NCBI GenBank assembly: GCA_029351405.1
Contig: GCA_029351405.1_4841.1
Reading direction: 5' to 3' (one strand)
Length of the DNA stretch: 64,000 nt
DNA from: Escherichia coli
GTDB lineage: Bacteria; Pseudomonadota; Gammaproteobacteria; Enterobacterales; Enterobacteriaceae
Under the pieces are notes generated by a model. It had not been told where the DNA came from, searched no databases, and saw nothing but the letters and a program-made list of their open reading frames with translations. The position numbers and the translations under genes are program-made. The stretch's first letter is position 1. The number at the start of each line of letters is the position of its first letter. Positions 1-8,244 of the stretch are shown here, in pieces.

Positions 1-114
1 TACAGTGTCTATAACCATATTCAGACCAAACCTCTCGCCACCATTGACTTCAGCCAAGATACGGACAATATGACGGTTTCTGTGACGTCGTTGGAACCGA
101 ATGTCAAATGTCAT
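1..114 (-). CDS. partial gene (start codon end only; rest lies beyond the window edge), product unknown
   Basis: Minus-strand ATG at 112-114 preceded by GAAGGA RBS; frame stays open to position 1 (MTFDIRFQRRHRNRH...). Confidence 0.3.
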   Translation of the reverse strand, partial: MTFDIRFQRRHRNRHIVRILAEVNGGERFGLNMVIDTV

Positions 115-134
115 CTGTCCTTCGTTGCGGGTTA

Positions 135-1853
135 CTAAACCTCAAACACGGCATCAGTGAACCAAGCGGGGAAGAACTCTGGGTTGCGCATCATCAGTGA
201 TTCAAAAGAAGAATCAAGGATGTACGTCGCAGCCCAGTCATTCACGCCCCTGACCGAACGCCCACACATCTGAACGATACGCAGTACCGCCATCCTGAAG
301 TACGCCGATGGGTCCACACTGTTGACGTGGGCCACCAGAGGATCACCAAGGTAATCGTATGGCACCTTGATCAAGATCTGAAATCGACTATAATCGCCTT
401 TGAAGTCATACCCCTCTTCCATGGCCGGACTGGCGATGACACAAGGCGTCTTCGTCCTGAACGCGTGTTCCATGATGTCCATCAGAGCCTTACGGGTACG
501 AGGAACGTGAATCATATTCCGGTACTTACTGAACTTTTGTAGAGCCAGGGCGCGGTCATAACTCACGGTGTGGATGATACCAGACTGCCCAGGGTGGAAT
601 GCGATGATTTCATCCACGTATTCGGCCAGCTTCTTCATCTCATAGTCACCCATGTTCGCCGTCATCTTCATGATGGGCATGTAGTTGACTTTCCGGTTCT
701 CAATCGGGATAGGATTGCCGATCTGTATCTTGTGGTACTCACCCTCACGGATACCCAGTGACCGGGCGTACGAGTCAATCCCACAAATGGTCGCCGACAT
801 GTGAACGTGGTAGTCACCCTTGCGGAACAGACCGAACTGGGATACATCAGAGGCGATGACAGGCTTGAACTGAATCATACCCTTGTCCTTCTCCTGTACG
901 ATGAAAGTGCTGGCGTTGGTCTGCCCCATGATACCACAGTAGTCGCTGAGGTTGTGAAGAGTATCAATAATATCAGACAGCTTCATCACCTGGGCTTCAG
1001 TCAGGCGCTCGTCTTCTACCAGTTCCTCAAGAGTTTCCAGCAGGGATTCAACCTTGCCGTGTAGTTCATCAAATATCGCATGCATCTCACCAGACAGGGA
1101 ATACAGCTTGCCCAATTCATAGTTCTCTGTGCGCCTGATGATATCCTTGATGGTCTCCACGATAGGCACTCCCTCGGGGATCGTAAGCAGCCCTTCCACA
1201 GCCTTTGTGCTGTATTCCATGATAGTATGCTCTAGGAGCGTAGAGGGCATTTTATGACACTCGTCAAGGATCAGCATATCGGCGCGGTTTTCCGGCTTCA
1301 TACAGATCGTCGTGCACATCTCCACCATCATGGCGGCGTTGGTGCAGCGCAAGGAGGAGACGTCGGTCCACTGTCGACGCGCCTGAACATATGGGCAACG
1401 ATTCTTACTACAGTGGCCATCACGGCATGCCATACGACACTGAATGGCGTTGTAGTATAGGTCGGGACTGATGTGGCAACGATAGTTCTTCTTGCCCTTC
1501 AGGATGTCTATCGCCACGGCTTTCTCTGCTGCATACTGATCCTGTAAACCTTTGGTCGGCGTCGTGATAGACGTGCGAAACTGACCATACGGGTTGTGCT
1601 CAAGAACCAAATGGCGAAGCACGTTATGGATGGTAGTGCCGATGAGGGATTTACCCACACCAGTCGGAGCCTCGATGATCACGTGTTTGAATTTCTTATT
1701 CACAAGGGCATCAATGGCTTCAACGATGCACTCCATCTGGCCGGGGTTGGCGGTGTCATACGGGAAGAACTCAGTGGCAAGAGACTTGATGCGGTCTATG
1801 CTGACTGGTCCGACGCCGTCAAGCGCCTTGGTATATTGGTTGAATGCTGTCAC
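135..1853 (-). CDS. DinG/XPD (Rad3)-family SF2 helicase with Fe-S cluster domain
   Basis: 572-aa ORF; Walker A APTGVGKS, DECH (DEAH-type) box, four-Cys cluster (CHISPD...CRMACRDGHCSKNRCPY) typical of the XPD/DinG Fe-S domain; GTG start with AGGAGG RBS. Confidence 0.75.
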   Translation of the reverse strand: MTAFNQYTKALDGVGPVSIDRIKSLATEFFPYDTANPGQMECIVEAIDALVNKKFKHVIIEAPTGVGKSLIGTTIHNVLRHLVLEHNPYGQFRTSITTPTKGLQDQYAAEKAVAIDILKGKKNYRCHISPDLYYNAIQCRMACRDGHCSKNRCPYVQARRQWTDVSSLRCTNAAMMVEMCTTICMKPENRADMLILDECHKMPSTLLEHTIMEYSTKAVEGLLTIPEGVPIVETIKDIIRRTENYELGKLYSLSGEMHAIFDELHGKVESLLETLEELVEDERLTEAQVMKLSDIIDTLHNLSDYCGIMGQTNASTFIVQEKDKGMIQFKPVIASDVSQFGLFRKGDYHVHMSATICGIDSYARSLGIREGEYHKIQIGNPIPIENRKVNYMPIMKMTANMGDYEMKKLAEYVDEIIAFHPGQSGIIHTVSYDRALALQKFSKYRNMIHVPRTRKALMDIMEHAFRTKTPCVIASPAMEEGYDFKGDYSRFQILIKVPYDYLGDPLVAHVNSVDPSAYFRMAVLRIVQMCGRSVRGVNDWAATYILDSSFESLMMRNPEFFPAWFTDAVFEV

Positions 1854-1907
1854 TTTCTTCCTCCTATGGGATTCGCCTATAGTTTACCCGATCCCCAAGA
1901 ACGAAAA

Positions 1908-1930
1908 AGCCGGAGTACAATGCTCCGGCT
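1908..1930 (-). terminator. intrinsic terminator hairpin
   Basis: AGCCGGAG-TACAATG-CTCCGGCT with T-runs on both sides, downstream of the HU-like gene. Confidence 0.55.
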
Positions 1931-1981
1931 TTCTCTTTTGCCATGCCCTGATTACAGAGCCTGGCCGCGCGTCAGATAGAA

Positions 1982-2260
1982 TTACTTGCCGTTGGCAGCG
2001 TTCTTCAGACCTTCGCCCACTTTGAATTTCACAACGTTTTTCGCCGCGATCTGAATGGTCTGGCCGTTCAGAGGGTTGCGACCTTCACGCGCTTCTTGGT
2101 GTTTCACTTCGAACGCACCGAAGCCGACCAGCTGTACAGATGCGCCTGCAGCAACTGCAGTCTTAACACCGTCGATAAAGGATGCCACTACTTTCTCCGC
2201 TTCGCCTTTGGTGATATTCTGGGTCGAAGCAATGTGGGCAACAAATTCAGTACGATTCAT
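1982..2260 (-). CDS. HU/IHF-family histone-like DNA-binding protein
   Basis: 92 aa; HU signature GFGxFEV...REGRNPxxGQ and overall length/composition of bacterial HU; GGAG RBS. Confidence 0.85.
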   Translation of the reverse strand: MNRTEFVAHIASTQNITKGEAEKVVASFIDGVKTAVAAGASVQLVGFGAFEVKHQEAREGRNPLNGQTIQIAAKNVVKFKVGEGLKNAANGK

Positions 2261-2353
2261 CTAGATTTCTCCGTTGGGTTAATGTTTACTTTCATGTTCA
2301 CTACAAGAGGACTACAGCTTACCTAACAAAACATATTGAATAAAGCGAAATTA

Positions 2354-2602
2354 TTAGCCTTTCACCACGTCTTCAGTCGTTATCGTGCCATAACATCCAC
2401 AGCGTTCACAAATCACTCTGACGCAAGGCTTAAAAGTCTGAATATTAGACACAGGAACGTTCACCGCCTTTGAAGAAACCTGCATTTCGCGGACTTTAAC
2501 CCGTTGTTCGGCCAGGCGCTCATCGTCCAAGAAGGTGATCGTCTTGTGAGGACAACGCATTGACGATTCACCAACCCAGATTATTGCCATGTTGGGACTC
2601 AT
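2354..2602 (-). CDS. small Cys-rich (zinc-ribbon-like) protein
   Basis: 82 aa, CxH ... CxxCxCxG cysteine pattern; strong GGAGG RBS. Confidence 0.45.
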   Translation of the reverse strand: MSPNMAIIWVGESSMRCPHKTITFLDDERLAEQRVKVREMQVSSKAVNVPVSNIQTFKPCVRVICERCGCYGTITTEDVVKG

Positions 2603-2877
2603 GATTTGACCTCCGATTTGGAGATTAACGATTCCATCTCCTGACGACCAATGACAGTCTCAACTTTGTCTTCTTCAACCATCATTTCATTCAGAAGATC
2701 GTACCCCAGGACTTGTACACCAAAAGACTTTTTGTTCAGTTCTGCCTCAATATTGAGAACTCGCTGAACCGTCAGGCCACCGGAAGAGGACGGTACTGGA
2801 TAGAAGGCGGAACGCACTTGAACACACCCATTTACGCTGTAACGAACCAGCAAGACATCACACCATACACCAGCCAT
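2599..2877 (-). CDS. hypothetical protein
   Basis: 92-aa ORF, ATG with GGAGGTG RBS, tightly packed between neighbours. Confidence 0.45.
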   Translation of the reverse strand: MAGVWCDVLLVRYSVNGCVQVRSAFYPVPSSSGGLTVQRVLNIEAELNKKSFGVQVLGYDLLNEMMVEEDKVETVIGRQEMESLISKSEVKS

Positions 2878-2878
2878 G

Positions 2879-3541
2879 TTACACCTCCACCGCGTGAGAC
2901 TTCAGGAGTTCATCAATCTCTTTCTGTCCCATGTATGAGAACGGGGTGCGCTGGTAGAACGCCCAGAGTACTAACTGGACAACAGCACGGGAACGGGTTT
3001 CGGCCGTCATCACCAGGCCACTGAAATGAGGAGACTCAGCTGTCCATTGTATCTCTTCGCCCAGGTCTTGATTACAGGTCACCGAGATGCGGAACTTGTT
3101 GCACAGATTGTCGACTTCTTTGTACGCATCGGTAGACACACGAAGTTGTTCCGCATGTGCCCACGGAGTTGTGACGATTCTTTCACCCATCACTTTATCA
3201 GAGATAAACCAATCAATACATTCGGTAAACTCACTAAAATGGTCGATACGATAAATGCAGTCTCCCCCTTCCATAGAACGCATGGCATGATAGCGAGCGT
3301 CGATTTCGTTGTTGTGCATCGCGTTGAAGTCGATGAACACGCGACGCGCCAGCACAACATCTTCTGGTTGAAGTGCCAGGAAATCGTTCAGGCGGCTATA
3401 ATGGAGGACATTGGAACCGTCGTGGCCACGTGTGCAATATGCGTAATGGCTACCGATACGGGCGTGGGCAATATAAGACAACGGGGCGAAGAATAATCCG
3501 TCAGGATCAGGACCGACGATAATAGAATAAAGTTTTTCCAT
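2879..3541 (-). CDS. hypothetical protein (220 aa)
   Basis: ORF 2879-3640 trimmed to internal ATG at 3541 (MEKLYS...); shares the CTATATC-ATG-GAAAAA initiation motif. Confidence 0.5.
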   Translation of the reverse strand: MEKLYSIIVGPDPDGLFFAPLSYIAHARIGSHYAYCTRGHDGSNVLHYSRLNDFLALQPEDVVLARRVFIDFNAMHNNEIDARYHAMRSMEGGDCIYRIDHFSEFTECIDWFISDKVMGERIVTTPWAHAEQLRVSTDAYKEVDNLCNKFRISVTCNQDLGEEIQWTAESPHFSGLVMTAETRSRAVVQLVLWAFYQRTPFSYMGQKEIDELLKSHAVEV

Positions 3542-3597
3542 GATATAGTCACTCAAATGAAAGGGCAGCTTTATGATAAGCCGCCCGAGGTTATTGA

Positions 3598-4464
3598 TTA
3601 TTGGAAATCGCCAACATACATGTTCAGCTTGTCGTCCCAATTCAGAACGACACGGATCGTTCCGGTATCTTCTGGGAAGGTCAGTTTGTCACACATGGCG
3701 CGATTAACATAAGTCCCGCTCTGGTTGACGTTGTAGTCCTTGCCTTGCATGATACCAAAACGCTTGAAGTCGCGAGTGACCATCATGTTCAACGTGGTCC
3801 ACGGAATGATGTCACGCAAGGCTTTGCACAGGACGATCTTGCCATCCGACCTGAACGACACAAACAGCTCGTTGGCGATACGACGGCGAGTAGGCGGTTC
3901 AAGTTCACGCAGGGAAATGAATTGTGAATTCTTTACCTTTTCTGCCAGCGCCTGTACTTCTGCTGGATCCGGCTTGAACGGCTCCACTGAAGAGTCAGAC
4001 TTCATCACAACATCACCCTTGCGCTTCTCAACCAATTGCTTCACAGCCTTTTGACTCACGGGCGGGAGGTATTTGGACTTAGGAACAACCGCTGGCTTGA
4101 TGACAGGGCTTGCATCTGGTTTCGCCTTTGGGGTACTCCGAGCCGCACGCAGCTTTTCCTGGGCTTGTAGAATGCGCTCTTGACGAGAAAGCGGAGCCTT
4201 TGGGGTGATCTTCGTACTGAAGTCAGAAACTCCGACCCAGTCACCCTGGTCGTTGCGCTTGGCGACCAGAGTCAGTTTGTGGATGATACCCTGAAGTTTG
4301 CTCTCACGTAAGTTGTCGGCATACCAGAACTTCGCGCCCATCTCGAACTTCTCGGCGAAGATCACGCGAGCGTCTTCGTGTACCAACATAACTTTGGCTG
4401 CGTTGGGGGCAAAAGCCTTATTCTTTTCGATAATCGCCGCAGCGATTGTTTTGGTCAGGAGCAT
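3598..4464 (-). CDS. hypothetical protein (288 aa) with Lys/Pro-rich central linker
   Basis: Long ORF, ATG at 4464 (GTG one codon upstream), AAGGA RBS. Confidence 0.5.
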   Translation of the reverse strand: MLLTKTIAAAIIEKNKAFAPNAAKVMLVHEDARVIFAEKFEMGAKFWYADNLRESKLQGIIHKLTLVAKRNDQGDWVGVSDFSTKITPKAPLSRQERILQAQEKLRAARSTPKAKPDASPVIKPAVVPKSKYLPPVSQKAVKQLVEKRKGDVVMKSDSSVEPFKPDPAEVQALAEKVKNSQFISLRELEPPTRRRIANELFVSFRSDGKIVLCKALRDIIPWTTLNMMVTRDFKRFGIMQGKDYNVNQSGTYVNRAMCDKLTFPEDTGTIRVVLNWDDKLNMYVGDFQ

Positions 4465-4503
4465 CACAGTGTATTCCTTCAGTTCACAATGTAGGGCTAA
4501 ATT

Positions 4504-4833
4504 TTAACCCGAAACTTTATTTTGAAATCCGACAAAGTCCTGGGCAATTCCCCGGCAATACATCAGGTCTTTCTTCGTTTGTGCACTGTTGTCAGCCGCA
4601 GTCAGCATCATGGGAAGGTCCAGCGCATTCTCTATCTGATCAACACTGAACAGATCAAGGCGCTTCAGCTCTCCCTCGAAGTCAGACAGTAGGATAGATG
4701 TGTCTTTGTCATCTGGGTGGAACTGCTGATACGTCTCCATCCATGCCACACATGTGTTCAGTTTGGACGGTGGCGCAGCGTTTACACACCCGGCTATCAG
4801 TACCAACAAGAGCAGGATTTTACATTTCATCAC
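4504..4833 (-). CDS. predicted lipoprotein
   Basis: 109 aa; N-terminus MMKCKILLLLVLIAGC has a hydrophobic core plus lipobox L-I-A-G-C. Confidence 0.55.
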   Translation of the reverse strand: MMKCKILLLLVLIAGCVNAAPPSKLNTCVAWMETYQQFHPDDKDTSILLSDFEGELKRLDLFSVDQIENALDLPMMLTAADNSAQTKKDLMYCRGIAQDFVGFQNKVSG

Positions 4834-5516
4834 TCGTTCTCCTTCATCATATTGTCGCAGTCAACGCGAGTCTGCTGGAGTTCGCGTGACATGCGAGGAT
4901 CATCAAGGTTCACGCTCAGATTCGTGGCCAGGTCTTTCAGACCGTTCTGAACCCTGTCTTCAAAGTAATAATCGTTCTCAACCAACCAGGCTCTGAGACC
5001 GAGAGCGCGAGTGCGCCATTCCTTCTTCAGGACGCGATCAGAGGTCTGCGTAGCGCTGTATTCGAATACTTTGATGCACTGGTTGCCATCGTTGATAAGG
5101 TTCAGGTGGCGGCGACCAACCTGCACACCCTTCTGTAATGCCGGAGAAGGGAGCGAACGACACTGTCTTACGGTCATTCGGCCTTGGGTGCCCATACGCC
5201 CAGTCATGATTAAATCGCCAGCCTCCATGCCTCCACGGTTAAATTCGTCGTCATTGAGGTAGCCCTTGAGGTTATAGGCTCCCTGTTTGTAACGGTTGAA
5301 CTCAATTCCGGCATTGACGACAGCAGTGGAGACGTTGCCTGTGTTCCAGAGTTCAGCGAAGTTCTCTATGGAACCAGACTTGTCGATGGCAACCGCCTGG
5401 GAGAACCCAGCACAATAGGAAAGGTCGGACCACAGTTTATCACCTGTGGAGTTCAGATTGGCAGCGGCGGGTAATGCCAGACCAGCCAGCACAACCCCGA
5501 GGATTAAACGTTTCAT
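4830..5516 (-). CDS. secreted/periplasmic protein (228 aa)
   Basis: ORF 4830-5681 trimmed to ATG 5516 with AGGAGA RBS; N-terminus MKRLILGVVLAGLALPAAA is a classic signal peptide. Confidence 0.55.
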   Translation of the reverse strand: MKRLILGVVLAGLALPAAANLNSTGDKLWSDLSYCAGFSQAVAIDKSGSIENFAELWNTGNVSTAVVNAGIEFNRYKQGAYNLKGYLNDDEFNRGGMEAGDLIMTGRMGTQGRMTVRQCRSLPSPALQKGVQVGRRHLNLINDGNQCIKVFEYSATQTSDRVLKKEWRTRALGLRAWLVENDYYFEDRVQNGLKDLATNLSVNLDDPRMSRELQQTRVDCDNMMKENE

Positions 5517-5595
5517 GGTGATTCTCCTTATTTCATTGGATGAAATGATAGGCGGCTCACCATGTTGAGTAAAGGGTTTCAATAAACTATCGTAT

Positions 5596-6045
5596 TCAGA
5601 AACGGGTATCGCTGACCGTTCTGTATCGCACACCCTGAAACTGTTTAGCGAGTTTAACAAATTCCATCGCTGGTAAATCAACTTTGTAGACCTTCATGCG
5701 CTGTTTGCCGTCCATGTTCAACGCAGCGACAAATCGGTGTGAGCCGTCAACAACGTAATTGTCAGAAGACACCCAAACCCGACCCATAGGTTTCTTATTT
5801 CTGATGTTCTTCATGATCTTCCAGACCTTCATCTTGTTGATTTCGTTCTGGGTAAGACGAAGCATTTTGATGGGCACTTGCGCAGCATCTATGGACACGC
5901 CGTTGTCTTCAAGATATTTGTGAAAATCTTCTTGTTTGTCGGCATCGATTTGCGGCATAGAAGAACGAGAAAGCCCGAGGTTCCCAACAGGAATCCTCAG
6001 GCCGTTAATGATGTTCAACCAGTCAATAAAAGATGTAAGGAACAT
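5596..6045 (-). CDS. ParB-N-like (DGxHR motif) domain protein
   Basis: 149 aa; VVDGSHRFVAA resembles the ParB/sulfiredoxin-fold DGxHR motif; GAGGTG RBS. Confidence 0.4.
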   Translation of the reverse strand: MFLTSFIDWLNIINGLRIPVGNLGLSRSSMPQIDADKQEDFHKYLEDNGVSIDAAQVPIKMLRLTQNEINKMKVWKIMKNIRNKKPMGRVWVSSDNYVVDGSHRFVAALNMDGKQRMKVYKVDLPAMEFVKLAKQFQGVRYRTVSDTRF

Positions 6046-6077
6046 GACACACCTCGGGATATAGGGTTATCCCTTAG

Positions 6078-6236
6078 TTAGCGCATCCATCGATCCTTTC
6101 TCTCTTTCTCCTTGCGTTCGCGACGTTTCTGGTCGGATCGGAATAACCAATAGAAGAAGTTCCCACCCAAGATGAAAACCACCGCGATTATTACTAGGAC
6201 ACCCTTCACAATTTCCCAAACCAATTCTTTATCCAA
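6078..6236 (-). CDS. small single-pass membrane protein
   Basis: Hydrophobic segment VLVIIAVVFILGGNFFYWLF followed by basic tail RSDQKRRERKEKERK; probable TTG start just after upstream stop with GAGGTG RBS. Confidence 0.35.
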   Translation of the reverse strand: MDKELVWEIVKGVLVIIAVVFILGGNFFYWLFRSDQKRRERKEKERKDRWMR

Positions 6237-6237
6237 A

Positions 6238-6525
6238 TTACACCTCGTCTTCTTCAGGTCCACCGTCAATCAGGATACGAGCGGTGTCGAAAGTTTCCCC
6301 ACCCGTGTTCAACAGCTTGGTTAGATCATCAAGAGTACCGACAGGACCAAGATCAGCCTGGCGGAGAACGAACTCTAGAAGCCCGTAGAGCGCTGATTGG
6401 AAACGGGAGTTGTCGATATCGTTCTTGACTTCCATCAGGCGGACAACATTGGCAGACTGGACATAACTCAGCTGAGTCTTACCTTTTGCCATGTCTTTCA
6501 CGGAACGGCGTTGTTCAGGCGTCAT
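6238..6525 (-). CDS. hypothetical protein (95 aa)
   Basis: ATG with G-rich RBS; ATGA overlap with upstream gene. Confidence 0.45.
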   Translation of the reverse strand: MTPEQRRSVKDMAKGKTQLSYVQSANVVRLMEVKNDIDNSRFQSALYGLLEFVLRQADLGPVGTLDDLTKLLNTGGETFDTARILIDGGPEEDEV

Positions 6526-6899
6526 AATGTTCCACCCCCGACAGAGATCAAGAACTCTTCTTGCATGGTCTTGACCGGGTGGTGGTTTCGGATTTCGATC
6601 ATGAAGCCCCAGCCGCCGTCGGCGACGTTGCCAAAGGTCTTGACGCCAAAGGACTTCGTCCCGTTGGAGCAGGAATAGATGTCCAGGACGTATGGGCTAC
6701 CCTGATTGTCGATCCCACGATTCACGTCTTCTGATACGCAGCGCTCAATCATCTTCCCGTTCTTATACAGAACGAGGTCTTGGCCATACGCCTTGAAAGC
6801 ATAAACACCGTTGGTAGACACTCCGGTGATGACAGGAGGGGCGGAAACAGCAGCAAAGGAAGCGCCTAGCAGGGCAACAGCGAGGATTAACTTTTTCAT
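6522..6899 (-). CDS. secreted protein (125 aa)
   Basis: ORF trimmed to ATG 6899; N-terminus MKKLILAVALLGASFAAVSA is a signal peptide; CTATATC-ATG-AAAAA initiation motif. Confidence 0.5.
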   Translation of the reverse strand: MKKLILAVALLGASFAAVSAPPVITGVSTNGVYAFKAYGQDLVLYKNGKMIERCVSEDVNRGIDNQGSPYVLDIYSCSNGTKSFGVKTFGNVADGGWGFMIEIRNHHPVKTMQEEFLISVGGGTL

Positions 6900-6923
6900 G
6901 ATATAGTCTCTTGGTTTCAAATG

Positions 6924-6945
6924 GGCGGGGTATGATTACCCCGCC
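6924..6945 (-). terminator. hairpin GGCGGGGTA-TGAT-TACCCCGCC plus TTTGAAA tail
   Basis: Downstream of the 168-aa gene; same stem as the hairpin at 7484-7504. Confidence 0.45.
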
Positions 6946-6951
6946 GTGGGT

Positions 6952-7458
6952 TTATAGAGTAACAAGTGATACGGTAAAAACCATCGTCCCGTCTGTTGCC
7001 ATTTTTCTTGAAACTGGTATGACGCGAGGCTGGCAGAATATCCATTCTTTCTCCATGGACGCCAAGTCCAGCATATCCATTTCTGATTCATCGCCTTTGT
7101 TCACAAATTTTTCTAGAGAACCATAGACATTAAGCCCCTCCGGGAGTCCGTTTCGATGTTTGTAACAAATGCGGGCAACAGCTTTGGTTCCGTACGATTT
7201 AGAAAATTGTTTGGCCACATGCTTCAGTTCACTGAAGCTAAGACAAGAATCCCATGTCTGGAACATGTCGCCTCGTTCAAACATCATCTCTAAACGCGCA
7301 ACGTCCTCTTTAGGCAGCCCGCGATAAAGTGTGGTCGTCTGTGGTTCGCGTAATTCTTGCACCAGATCACGGACGGCAGGGGAAACAGTACCGGGGCGCA
7401 TTATGTGGGACTTATCATGGACGAGGTAAAATAAATCTTGAATTTGTTGATCGGTCAT
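6952..7458 (-). CDS. hypothetical protein (168 aa)
   Basis: ORF trimmed to ATG 7458 (MTDQQIQ...), AGGAA RBS, flanked by two copies of the same hairpin. Confidence 0.5.
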   Translation of the reverse strand: MTDQQIQDLFYLVHDKSHIMRPGTVSPAVRDLVQELREPQTTTLYRGLPKEDVARLEMMFERGDMFQTWDSCLSFSELKHVAKQFSKSYGTKAVARICYKHRNGLPEGLNVYGSLEKFVNKGDESEMDMLDLASMEKEWIFCQPRVIPVSRKMATDGTMVFTVSLVTL

Positions 7459-7483
7459 GGTATAGTTCCTGCATTTCAAATAG

Positions 7484-7504
7484 ACGGGGTAATCATACCC
7501 CGCC
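7484..7504 (-). terminator. hairpin CGGGGTA-ATCA-TACCCCG plus TTTGAAA tail
   Basis: Downstream of the 63-aa gene; copy of the 6924 hairpin with an inverted loop. Confidence 0.45.
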
Positions 7505-7564
7505 CAAAGTTATAGAATTAACTGATGTGCTTCAGAAGAGCGAAGAGGATCGCGGCCTTGGCCT

Positions 7565-7756
7565 TTACCTTTCCCACGATACCTGTCTCGACATCAACTT
7601 CTTCAGCAACCCACTCTTTCCCTTCTTGCTGATGATAACGTCACGACGCTGTGCGTAGACTTCTTTGGTCGCATACACACGACGGAACCCTTTAGCGCGG
7701 AGCAAGCCCCAATTGCGATCAATTTCTACTGAGGTTTCTACCATTTTGTTCTTCAT
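7565..7756 (-). CDS. hypothetical small protein (63 aa); possible -1 frameshift extension to 7511
   Basis: ATG at 7756; 0-frame stop at 7565; -1 frame stays open to 7511 (see slippery-site feature). Confidence 0.4.
   Translation of the reverse strand: MKNKMVETSVEIDRNWGLLRAKGFRRVYATKEVYAQRRDVIISKKGKSGLLKKLMSRQVSWER
7616..7622 (-). other. candidate -1 ribosomal slippery heptamer G_GGA_AAG
   Basis: Minus-sense codons AAG AAG GGA AAG place GGA and AAG in the zero frame, matching the X_XXY_YYZ pattern; the -1 frame is open for 35 further codons. Confidence 0.25.
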
Positions 7757-7807
7757 GTTATAATCTTACCTTTCAACCCGGTGAACCCATCGTTCGCCAG
7801 TTATTGA

Positions 7808-7837
7808 ATAATAGGACATTCCTTAGAGGAAGTAAAC
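7808..7837 (-). promoter_or_regulatory. sigma70-like promoter (GTTTAC-18 nt-TATTAT)
   Basis: Follows the terminator after the ACP-like gene and precedes the 63-aa gene. Confidence 0.35.
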
Positions 7838-7852
7838 CCCTAAAAGTAAAAA

Positions 7853-7872
7853 TCCCCAACGTTTGTTGGGGA
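7853..7872 (-). terminator. intrinsic terminator after the ACP-like gene
   Basis: TCCCCAAC-GTTT-GTTGGGGA followed on the minus strand by TTTTT. Confidence 0.55.
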
Positions 7873-7878
7873 CTTCTG

Positions 7879-8202
7879 TTATTTGCGCAGGGCAACTACG
7901 AGTTCAGCGAGTTCACCCATGGTCGGGTCATCACCTTTACTGCCCAGCCAACCATCGTCGATTTCGACCTGAAACTCTTCTTCGAGGTCCATTACAATTT
8001 CGATAGCGTCCAGTTCATCACCGCCGAGGTCTTTCTTGGTACGGAGGCCAGCCAGCTTGTCCAGGGCGTCCTCGTTCTGAGATGCCACGTCGTCCAGCAA
8101 TTTGCGCTTGTCATCGTCACGCCACAGATCCAAGTTCAGATTGTCAGTGGCGTACTGAGCCAGATGACGCATGACTTCAACATATGTTGGTTTGCTGCTC
8201 AT
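7879..8202 (-). CDS. acyl carrier protein-like protein (conserved Ser replaced by Glu)
   Basis: 107 aa; KDLGGDELDAIEIVMDLEEEFQVEIDD aligns with the ACP helix II region ([28 protein letters not shown]) but reads DEL instead of DSL; GGGAGA RBS. Confidence 0.7.
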   Translation of the reverse strand: MSSKPTYVEVMRHLAQYATDNLNLDLWRDDDKRKLLDDVASQNEDALDKLAGLRTKKDLGGDELDAIEIVMDLEEEFQVEIDDGWLGSKGDDPTMGELAELVVALRK

Positions 8203-8221
8203 GCTACTTCTCCCAAAGAAT

Positions 8222-8237
8222 GGCGGGTTGCCCCGCC
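8222..8237 (-). terminator. hairpin GGCGGG-TTGC-CCCGCC
   Basis: Between the vWA gene end and the ACP-like gene start. Confidence 0.35.
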
Positions 8238-8244
8238 CGTTGGA

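Noticed and set aside
4830-5681. Long N-terminal extensions of several ORFs in the six-frame track (for example 4830-5681, 6522-6920, 20811-22412, 23593-24408)
   Set aside because: The upstream first codons are TTG or GTG without RBSs, run through terminator hairpins or late-promoter motifs, and internal ATGs with strong Shine-Dalgarno sequences give native-looking N-termini such as signal peptides.
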